Origin: Vannella sp.
Taxonomy: Eukaryota
Length of the DNA stretch: 32,885 nucleotides
Direction of reading: 5' to 3'
Assembly (NCBI GenBank): GCA_023345925.1
Contig: JAJQQN010000304.1
Coordinates: 1 to 32,885, forward strand
The notes below the pieces were generated by a model. The model worked only from the letters and a program-made list of their open reading frames with translations, had not been told where the DNA came from and searched no databases. A program made the translations under genes and the position numbers. Shown in pieces: positions 21,372-30,871 of the stretch; within the stretch, counting starts at the first letter, position 1; each line of letters starts with the position of its first letter.

Positions 21372-23796
21372 TCAGTCGTGACTGCTAGCTGGTCGGAAAG
21401 TGATTCCTCCGGAAGATAGTCCACTACCTCCTGTGTTTCCGAGACCGGGGGACGAGAAAGATCCGGAATGGCTTGGTGAAGGTGCTCCTCGAGAACCTCG
21501 AGAAGCAGGAGGTCCTCCCCGGCCCGTTCCCCGACCACGGGCTCCTCTTACTCCTCGAGTAGAAGCACCTTGAGAGTCCCGGAAACGGGGATCTTGTAAA
21601 GCCAAGGGAAGAAGGTCGGGAGGGACCGGCTGTTTGGCAGAAAGAAGATTCTGATACAATAACCCAGCAAACGCCTTGTTCTTGGGGCCAATCAGCGTAT
21701 AAGCCACACCATCCAGGCTCCCTGCGCGGCACGTTCGCCCAATACGGTGAATATGCGAGTCCAAGTCTTTGGCGACGTCAAAATTGACGACCGTCTTGAT
21801 TGACTTGATGTCCAAACCCCGCGCTATCCAAGTGAGTGGATTATCATCAGATATTGTGCTTCCATACCCACTACATCAGTTGCCACCATGATGGGAACGG
21901 CTTGGCTCTTGAATTGACGCATTAAGTCGTCCCGCTCATGCTGGAGCTTATCTCCGTGAAGCGCAACCGCTAGAAGGCGTCAATTGGAGTTCCAGAGGGA
22001 GAATCAGGCTGGCTTACTGTGGAACTTGGAGCGGTTGAGGTTGTTAGAAAGTTCCTCGCAAGCGTTTTTTGTTCCCACAAAGATAAGGACGCTGCCCAGT
22101 TGCTGGAACTCTGGCAGATGGCTGGCAAGCCATCCCCACTTCTCCGTCTCATCTCTGACAACGTGCACTCGTTGATTGACATCCGCATTCGCCTAATAGA
22201 CGCATCCCAGGCGCGTTCGCACGCGAAAATCTTCAAATGGACAACCAAGTGGACCCAGAGGGTACACTATTGAGATAGAATGACTCACCTCGCCCACCAC
22301 ACCGACAGAAATTCGCACGGGATTGTTGAGAATGTCACGTGCTACCCTCTCGACACTGTTCTTGAAGGTTGCTGAGAATAGAAGGGCTTCATACGTTGGT
22401 TAGTAAAGCTCTCAAACTGGCAACAACTTGCTTTGTCGATCCGGGCGCACTTGGCTGGCAATAGATCGTACTTGGATCTCGAAACCCATGTTGAACATCT
22501 TATCGGCCTCATCGAACACCAGATAGGTGACGCGTCGCATGTTTGTGATCTTCTTCATCTTAATGATGTCCATGAGACGCCCAGGAGTCGCTACAAGGAT
22601 CTCACAACCCCGTTTAAGCTCTTTGATTTGCTCTGCTTTGGGAATCCCTCCATAAATGGGGCAGACACTGAGCTTCATCCGCTTTGCGTACTTGCAGGCT
22701 TCCAGATAGATCTGTTGCGCAAGCTCTCTGGTAGGTGCAATGATAATCCCGATGGGCCCGTCCCCCTTTTGAAGGGGCGGTTGGGCCGCAATGTGGATTA
22801 ACAAAGGCCACAAGAAGGAGGCAGTTTTTCCTGAACCCGTCTTAGCTATACCTATGATATCCCGTCCTGCCAGAGCAACAGGCACGGCCTGTCTCTGGAT
22901 GGGAGTCGGTTCGAGAAAGTTCTGCTTTTCGACCGCTTTCATCAGTCTTTCGCCCAAACCCAGCTCTTTGAATGATCTGGCAGGCTTTGGAACATCCTCC
23001 CCGACAACTCTGATGTCTTCCAAGGCGGTTAGATCACACCTGAGGACGAGGCGGGCTCTGGCGCACCGATTTCTTGTCTGTAAGCGGTGACGTCTGCAGA
23101 ACTCATGGCCTGTTGATCTGGATGCTCTTGGTAGAAGTTCTTCTTAAAGGGAAGATAGTTGATCTCGGAGTGGTACACAACAGGGAGCGGCTCGATGAAC
23201 TTTTTGTCCTTCTACCTCAGCGTTTGAGCAATCCCCGTGTTCCCAAGAGCATAACGACGTACCAGAGCTTCTGAGCGTACTGATTTCAAGTAGCCTTCAT
23301 CCTGTGAGTCGTAGTCTTCGTGGGAGGGAGCATCGGCGCTCTCTGTGGGGCGTTCCTCGTAGAAGGAGTCGGCACTCTGCTCCTCCAAGTGGCGCTCTCC
23401 CTTTGATGTTTCAGGGAGAGGCTCACTCTCAATAGCTGTCATAAAGGCCTCAAGAGGGTCATCCCCAGGCTCGGACAGGACCAAATCAGCTTCTTGTTCT
23501 TCCGGAAGAGTCGTCGGAGACACGAAAGCCTGCTCCTCCTCCTCATAGCGCAGCATGATCAAGGGCTTCTTTGGGGGTGCTACCACAGTGTCGTCCTCAT
23601 CGTCATCTTCAGCAAACAGCGCCGCAGCAGATCTCTTCTGAGGCAACTTTACAGCCACCAAAGGCACCGAGCTACTCGCTGCTCCAAACGGTTGACGGGC
23701 TGCCTTTGGGACGAAAACTTTCGGTGCCTCTTTCACCTTCACAGCAAACACAACAGTCCCAGAAGCAAGCGGCTTTGGCGCGGGAGTGTTCGGCAT
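21372..23796 (-). CDS. DDX42: DEAD-box RNA helicase, DDX42/SF3b125-like (alternative start 23904), 6 introns
   Basis: IEPLPVVYHSEINYLPFKKNFY, PTPIQRQAVPVALAGRDIIGIAKTGSGKT, PTRELA, DEAD, SAT, VATDVVARGLDI, HIHRIGRTCRAG, RGG-rich tail. Confidence 0.85.
22387..22431 (-). other. GC-AG intron (45 nt) in DDX42
   Basis: Donor GCAAGT, branch TACTAAC, acceptor GAAG; removal gives conserved RPDRQ-TLLFSAT. Confidence 0.85.
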
Positions 23797-23905
23797 GTCC
23801 CCTTCCAAGCGACCCCGCGAACTGACGAACTGACGCTCTTTACTCCTGCATGCTTCTCGATATTCCAATTGTGCATCTTCTCGGGAAAGGGAATGGTGCC
23901 ACATC

Positions 23906-23933
23906 AGGGTTTAGGGTTTAGGGTTTACGGGTT
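23906..23933. repeat. Interstitial telomere-like repeat (TTTAGGG) x about 3.5 / telo-box
   Basis: AGGGTTTAGGGTTTAGGGTTTACGGGTT seen directly. Confidence 0.75.
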
Positions 23934-24035
23934 CTTGACCCACCAATAACTTGAATACTCAGGGACCTAAGGGGACCAGGCTTCAGAAGCGGGCAATGGT
24001 TGTTCGTTTCTGAAATCATTCATTTCGCCACAGAC

Positions 24036-24047
24036 AGGGTTTAGGGT
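24036..24047. promoter_or_regulatory. Second telo-box-like motif AGGGTTTAGGGT
   Basis: Lies 6 nt upstream of the RMDN-like ATG (24054). Confidence 0.55.
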
Positions 24048-24053
24048 CCATCC

Positions 24054-24941
24054 ATGGAGTGGTTGTCCCAGTTGGATGTGTTACACGGGGAGAAGCAGTT
24101 TCGACAGATCCACAGGGAGCTCAAGTTGTTTGTGGGACAGAATCCCAACTGTGAAGACCCAGAGGTGCTCTGGCGCTTTGCCCGAGCCCTTTATGATCTC
24201 TCTTCTGGTTGGTTCGCGTCCCTGACTCACCCTTAGCGTGCTTGCCCTCATCCAGAGGAACAGAAATAGGAACAAGCGCTGTGAAACAAGAGGAGCTCCT
24301 CAGGGAGGGTCAAGAGGTGGTGGAGCGATGTCTCCAAATCGCTCCCGAATGTTTCTACGCGTACAAGTGGGCAGCAGTCTTCATATCTGCTCTTGTAGGA
24401 ACCCTCAACATCACTCGATTCTTCCTACTCACTCAAACGGCCAGTCTGAGTTCGAGGGAATGAAAGACAAGATCGCCTCCGCTTTCAAAGTGAAGGAGTT
24501 CTGTGATCGCGCCAACCAGCTCCTTCCACTGTCTCCTGATGGTACTCCATTGAAAGACGGCACTCTCCAACATCTATTGGGGCGCTGGTGCTTCAGGATC
24601 GCCTCCGTAAGCTGGATCGAGCGCAAACTCGCCAAAGCAATCATTGCAGAGCTCCCTGACTCGCGTAAGTTGTCCTTTTCATGATCCTCCTTCATCTCAT
24701 GCTTCGAACAAACGCAGCAGATGAAGCGACGTACGAGAATGCGCTCAAATACTTTCTGGAAGCAGATCTCTTGAAAGATCACTTTGTTTCCAACGCCCTT
24801 TGGTGTGGGCACACCTACAGGAAGCTCGGAAAGAACCAGGAGGCAAAGAATTGGTACCAAAGAGCCGCTGAAATGCGACTGACTAGCACTTCAGATCGTG
24901 CTGCCGCACGGGAAGCGTCCAAACTCATTGCCAAGCTTTAG
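24054..24941 (+). CDS. RMDN1: Regulator of microtubule dynamics (RMDN1/RMD-1-like TPR protein), 3 introns
   Basis: EVLWRFARALYD, YKWAAV, KIASAFKVKE, HLLGRWCFRIASVSWIERKLA, TYENALKYFLEA. Confidence 0.85.
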
Positions 24942-24998
24942 GAGAGTACTATAGAGCGTTTTGTAAGTGTGTATGTTATTTGTACAGGGGTTCTACTG

Positions 24999-26619
24999 TT
25001 ATTCTTCGGATTCCAAGCTTGTCAGTTGAAGTGGCGACCGATTTTTGAGCGAAGTTGTCTGGGAAAGGGTGAATTCTCTCTCCCAATCTTCTTCTCCAGC
25101 CTCTTCAGTTGCTTCCGACTCCTCGAGATTACTGGGGACGTCTTCAGCCGGCCGGGAAGTCTTGAGATGGAACCACTTGGTAATGGGAACTCCCGCAGAG
25201 CGCATCATACAGATGAATGATAACGCGTTAAGGAGGATGCATATCACGACCACTATAGGAAGAGTCTGTGGTGTGACTAATTCAAAGGTATACGAGAGTA
25301 CAAGGGGAAGGATGAGCTCTCCTAATGCCGCGCACAAGACAATCCAGCCATTCATTCCTCCAGTAACTTTCATTCCAAGCTCAGCAGGGAGCTGGACCAA
25401 ACTAGGGTAGAAAGAGGCCATGCTGAGCCCTATCAGAATTGTAACAATCCACATAGACACTTGGCCACAGATAATTGGCCATCCTAGGAAGCTGATTCCC
25501 AGCTGCACTCCTCCCATAAGAGACATACTAAAAGTACATCCGACTAAATCAAGAACCAGAAGTGATGTTGTTGAGAGTTTCATGGTCAGAGGGATGGCAG
25601 CAACTCTGCCGATGGAGAGAGAAGCCCAAAAAGTGGATGAAAGATAATCAGCAACATCTGGAGAAGCCCAGCCCAGGTCTACTGCATAGCTATAAATCCA
25701 TCCTCCATATCCCACCTCTGCTCCCACATAGAGGAAGATACTTAAACCACAGAAACCCAAATAAGTCCAACTGACTAGTTTGGCACTTTCCTCTTTGACA
25801 GAGAGCACGTCCTCTTGTTCTGATGGCTTCTCATCACTCGTTTCTTCGAAGGCAGAGATTGTATCCTTCTCACTCGATGCCAGAGACTCCCCTAACTCAC
25901 TTGGGACGTCTTCCATCACTTCCAGCTCCACCTCCTCCACTGCAGCCTCTTTTAAATGATAAGGAGAGGTCTTTGGGGATGGTATCAGAAAGAAGAGAAG
26001 GGACAGGGGCATATGAGCCATTCCAATCACTAAGAATCCAACGTGGACTCCCTTATCTTGCTGTTGGACACCTCTGTTAGCCGTATAAGCATCAACTGAA
26101 GAGGGAGTTGCTCACATCACCAAGAATGGAAGCAAATACGCCGAAAAGGAGCCCAGAAAGCACCGCGCCAACTCCAAACCCCAAGTGAATGAGCTGCATC
26201 CAAGGACCTACGTCCTTTTGCCATATCCAAGTGATGAAAGTGTTGGCGGAGACATCATCGAACCCCAAACAGATGCCAATGAGGAAGTAAACAGCCAAGA
26301 GCAGAGGAAGAGAGGAGATCGCCGGGACCACAGCTGTCATTAGGCCGAGCACAAGGCATAGAATACCAAGGATAAGATGCCCTCTTGCGTAAAATTTGTC
26401 CAAAAGGAGGCCTCCGATGATACCAGAGCTGGCATAGCCCATTCCCCGCGCAGCGAACAACCAGCCCATATCCTTCTCGCTCGAGCCCGTCTGCCGCTCC
26501 AAAGTGCTCAACGAGGGTCCAAGGCTACCAACAATCATCCCCAAAGACACCAGCAGCAGAGAGTACCCCAAAGAGGCTCCCCAGCGATGTCCTTCCCTCC
26601 GAGCAGTCTCCCTCCACAT
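24999..26619 (-). CDS. Major facilitator superfamily transporter (MFSD4/FucP-like), 1 intron
   Basis: LGPSLSTL, GGLLLDKF (motif A-like), GPWMQLIHLGFGVGA, FLYVGAEVGYGGWIYSYA, FWASLSIGR; about 12 hydrophobic helices with an acidic central loop. Confidence 0.88.
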
Positions 26620-26914
26620 GGGAGCACTCAAATGAATGATCCAATGAATTTCACATTCATTCTCCTCAATGCGCCAAGCGGCCTAAAGGCCTGAACTTGA
26701 TCGGACTCTTGGAGGAACAAATCTGACAAAGTGGGACAAAATGGAAACTTCCATGGAAAATTCTGAGCAGTAAATGATGGTCGTCTTTTCGAAAATCGTA
26801 ATCTGGAGTTGGATCGGAGATTTTTTAAAGATTGACTATGAAGAGGGAGATTAAAATTGGTCATTGGTCGTGGAAACACGACTTTCATTTCCCCCCGTTC
26901 CCTCCAGAAGGAAC

Positions 26915-27709
26915 ATGAACGCCTTCCCCCGTCTTCTTTCTCCACCGAGTCCAGAGCTGGTGGACGCCTTTTCAATGGACGATCATCGTCCGAATTACGA
27001 TTTCAGGTGGGAAAGCGAACCTCTTGACGACTTGTTTGCCCTCCCACACCCTTCTTTGGATTTCAGCTCCGCAGATCCTTTCTCCTCTGGCCTTCCCTTA
27101 TCATCTCCGCTTGAGCAGTGCCTTGAAGCGGAGGAGCAGCCTTTGGTGGAGATTCGCTGCCACCGGCGAGACGGACGCAACACAGTATGCGGCCTCTCTC
27201 AGGTGAACTTCTACCGTAACACGCTGGGGAAGTCACGATCCTTTGCAGTCAGCACCCCACTGGACGGAGTGATCATCTCCGTGTCCGTAAGACCTCAACA
27301 CCCCTCCACTGAGCCCTCCTTCTTCCTCTCCCATTCCTACTACCGCGCCAGATCGACTCAAAACAGCACCATCACCTCCCGCCTAGTGAAAGGAACCGAC
27401 TTGGAGTTCTACTTGCACCTCACCGACGCGCGACCCAGCAAATTCCTCCATTTCCTCACCATCACGATCACCTACAAAGAGCGCAGTGCTGTCTATGAGT
27501 TCCCTCCGTTACAGTCCGCAGGGCACAAGTTTGAGACCACCAAAGGCGCCAAACGCTTCTACAGTGAGAGGCCTTCCACCGTCTTGCGAGTGCTCCCTCG
27601 AGAGGATGGACAACTGGACTTCTCTGTTACACAGTCTCTACATCCTGGATCTCTGGTGCCCAGCAGCTCTGGGCCCATGGGATCACAAGAGGAAGGATCG
27701 AGTAAATAG
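26915..27709 (+). CDS. Hypothetical protein (264 aa, no intron evident)
   Basis: Long ORF filling the gap between MFS and OGFOD1; acidic Pro/Ser N-terminus and beta-rich basic C-terminal domain; no family recognised. Confidence 0.65.
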   Translation: MNAFPRLLSPPSPELVDAFSMDDHRPNYDFRWESEPLDDLFALPHPSLDFSSADPFSSGLPLSSPLEQCLEAEEQPLVEIRCHRRDGRNTVCGLSQVNFYRNTLGKSRSFAVSTPLDGVIISVSVRPQHPSTEPSFFLSHSYYRARSTQNSTITSRLVKGTDLEFYLHLTDARPSKFLHFLTITITYKERSAVYEFPPLQSAGHKFETTKGAKRFYSERPSTVLRVLPREDGQLDFSVTQSLHPGSLVPSSSGPMGSQEEGSSK

Positions 27710-27730
27710 CATTCCCTCTCCTCTGAAGCT

Positions 27731-29299
27731 TTATGGTGACGGAGCCTCCGCTTCGTACGCCAGCATGTAGACGTTGTACATAGGGCAGGGAACGTGATAG
27801 TTGACAAACTTGGTGAATCGGGAGATGCCTTCGTCACAAAAAACGAGGGAGAGCGTGTTACCACAAGGCGTTACAGTCAACAGCTCGCCTTCATCGCCAT
27901 TGTAAGACGTGTACGCGCCCCAGCCCTCATCCCAGTCCAGCGACTCTTCAATCAGGTAAAACATGCAATCCAGACCTTCCCGCTTCCTCCGGGAATCGCC
28001 GTCGTGCATCAAGGTAAAGTGGCCGTTCCCGAACTGCTGTAGCTCTGCAAAGTACTGAGACAGATCCAAGTCCGTCAGCCGCTTCATCAAGGCGAGAAAA
28101 GCGGGACAGACGAGGAGTCTCGCAAAGTGACCTAAGACACTTTCCTCCTTTGGCTCGAATGGAGCTGCCTTGTAGTAGCGTTGATGTGGGGGTGATTGAG
28201 TGCTCCATTCCTGCTCTGGTTTGGCGAGGACAAAGTCTCTGAGTCTCTGGAAGAGTTCGGGTCGAAGGAACTGTTGCAGGCTTATCTGTGAGTCCTGTTC
28301 GAATTGCTGCTGGATCTGTTGTTGAGAGTCTTCTTGGAGGTATACAGGGTTGATCCATTCTGCTAAGAGCTCCTCTCCGCGGTCCTGAGTGGGGAATGGA
28401 GCGAGGGTGAACGGATCTGGGAGGGAGAATGTCGTGGGGTAGGCTACTGGGGGTCCATGGAACCACCCACCGATGCTCATTCGACCTTTAGGACAGTACA
28501 GTTGCTCTACACGGTGGAAAGAGTTCACAGAGACCTGAAAGATCAACAAAGAGTTCCTCTTCGGCACGATTCGGACGGCTGGCTCGCTTTTGGGCACTCC
28601 AACCTCCTCCACTTCAAACAAAGACAACTCACCTACGACCAGTCAGTCTTTGATCATCCCAGTAGTCCCTCTCCTTACCTCCATCCTCTGCAGACCAGTC
28701 TTCAGGCACCAAATAGTAGATGTAGGCGATCCGTCGCCCCTCCAGCTTGTCATCGTGGCATTGTAAGTACGAACCATCTTGGTAGATGGCTCCAAACATG
28801 TCAACCACTGGAAGGATCCCTTCTACTCCAGTGACTCCTGTCATCCACTCATGGAAGCTCGAATCCGTAAGGAGATCGCGGAACAGAGCCACACTTGGTG
28901 AGTCGTCACATCCTTTCAAGTCCCCGCTCTGGTAGAAGTCGTAGAGATCGTTGCTCTTCAGAGAAAACTCCTGCGCGGGCTTGGTTAGTGGAACCTTGAG
29001 CTACTGCGCGTGCCCCTGACCTACACGTTTGGGTACTTCTAACTCTAAGCTCTTAACTAACTCTGGGTCATCGAGAAAGTCCGTGATCTGCAAGTAAGGG
29101 AACGGCTTTCCCTCCGCAAACTTCTCACGAAGCTCCTTCTGCACCGCTTCCTCCTCCATCAGTCCCCTTTCCTCCCTCAGTGAGCCTACCTACCTGGGTC
29201 TCGATACTTTTGATTCAAACATCTCGCAAAGGCGCACAAAGCGCTCCTCTTCCCCTCTGGCAGATCAGTCCCCTCCTCCCTCTCCAAGCGCTTCGCCAT
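27731..29299 (-). CDS. OGFOD1: Prolyl 3-hydroxylase OGFOD1/Tpa1 (2OG-Fe(II) oxygenase), 3 introns
   Basis: PFPYLQI, NDLYDFYQSGDL, YLQCHDD..RRIAYIYYLV..W...DGG.L.LF, SFHRV..RMSIGGWFHG; second degenerate DSBH domain. Confidence 0.92.
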
Positions 29300-29398
29300 T
29301 AGACACTCTAGAAGTGCTTCTTTGGCTCCCAAACCCGCAAAAACACACAAAGCGGTCAAGAAAAGCAAGTCCAAAGGAGTCAGTCGGAAGGGCGGCCG

Positions 29399-30799
29399 AT
29401 GGGGAAGGAGGCGGCCACTCGCACTTACATCAGGCTCGCGGCTGCCTCTGTAGTAGGTGGAGCAGCTGTAGCGTATGGTCTTTGGTCGTATTGGAAGGAT
29501 CTGAGGTCTCCGGTGGAGCTCTGCTACTCGCCCTCCACGAACAACGAGGAGATCGTGAAAGGTTGTCCGTTGCTGCAAGGGACGTATTGGCCCAGTCCCT
29601 GGATGTTCAGTGCTCACTTGCAGGTGGGAGACTTGTTGCTTGGTACCCTCTCACTCACTCTCTGCTCCAGGGTGTTGCTCTGATGAAGCTTCGCGTGTCC
29701 GTTGATCCCATGTATCGTCGGGAGCAGCTGATCGCTTCCGATGGGGCTACTTTGCACCTTGATTGGGGTGAAAGTGAAGGCCCAGAGTTGGATCCAACTT
29801 CTCCCATCGTGCTTCTGCTCAGTGGTACGACAGGGAGCAGCAAAAGCTCTTACATCTGCCATCTCATGTGTGCTATTCGTTCACGGGGCTGGCGACCGGT
29901 CTGTATGAACTACCAGGGGCTCACAGAAGAGCCTATGACAGTATGGACTACCTTCCTGCTTCACCAAGGCTCTAACAGACCTACAGAGCCCGCGGTTCTT
30001 CTGCATTGACTCTGTGAGTGACATTGAGCTGTTCGTTAACCACGTCCACGCCCTCTTTCCCCAAGCACCACTATTCGCCATTGGTACGACACCTCTAGTA
30101 CATACCAGAAGGGGTGTTTGACCACGCAGAAGGCTTCTCCATTGGCGGACACTTCTTCTTGAAGTACTTGCAAGAGACTCTCTCCAGTCCTCTTCAAGGC
30201 CTCGTAGCACTGAGTTCTCCGTTCTCTCTTAGAGCCGTAGATGAGTCTTGGAAGGGCCGGTGGATCAATGAGAAGGTGTACGATCGCCATTTCCTCGACA
30301 AGTTCAAAGGGGGCGTTCTCAAGTGAGTTGGTGGTCGCTCGCAAAGCTTGATAGACTAACTCAAGGTGGAAGGAACCGTGAGCTCTTCAGTTCAGTCGAA
30401 GAAGTCGACGTGGAAGAGATAGCGAAGGCGAAGACCATGCAGGAGCTCCATCTCTGCTTTACTCTGCCCCTTTGCGGGTTACAGACGATAGACGAGTACT
30501 ACGACAGTAACGAGAGCGCTAGAGTAGAGAAGCTGAAGGTGCCAACGCTCATCCTTCATGCTTGGGACGATCCCGTCGTCCCTCCCAACGCCATCCCTGT
30601 GGACCGGATTGCCGAGAACCCGCATCTGATACTTGCTACGACCAAGGCAGGAGGCCACACAGGATGGCTGGATGGTCTGTTCCCCTTCTCTGGCCTGGCG
30701 TGGTGCGAAAGAGTGACTTTGGAGTATCTTGATGCTCTGCATCGCTCCCATCAAGCTCTCCAGGGTCCTGAAGGTGGTGTTACACCAGGGGGACAGTGA
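29399..30799 (+). CDS. Alpha/beta hydrolase, ABHD1/2/3 (YheT-like) family, 4 introns
   Basis: YWPSPW..AHLQ, YRREQL..SDGATLHLDW, GTTGSSKSSYI, nucleophile GFSIGG, acid DDPVV, His GGHTGW. Confidence 0.9.
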
Positions 30800-30871
30800 A
30801 TGAACAGTTTTAAATCATTTTTGGTCGCGCTGGAGGGCTGGCGAGGGAGGTAGAGAGGGTTGGGAAGGGAA

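Noticed and set aside
26743..26763. Palindrome TTCCATGGAA in the MFS/orphan divergent promoter (STAT-like TTC-N4-GAA)
   Set aside because: A single 10-bp palindrome is expected by chance in 33 kb.
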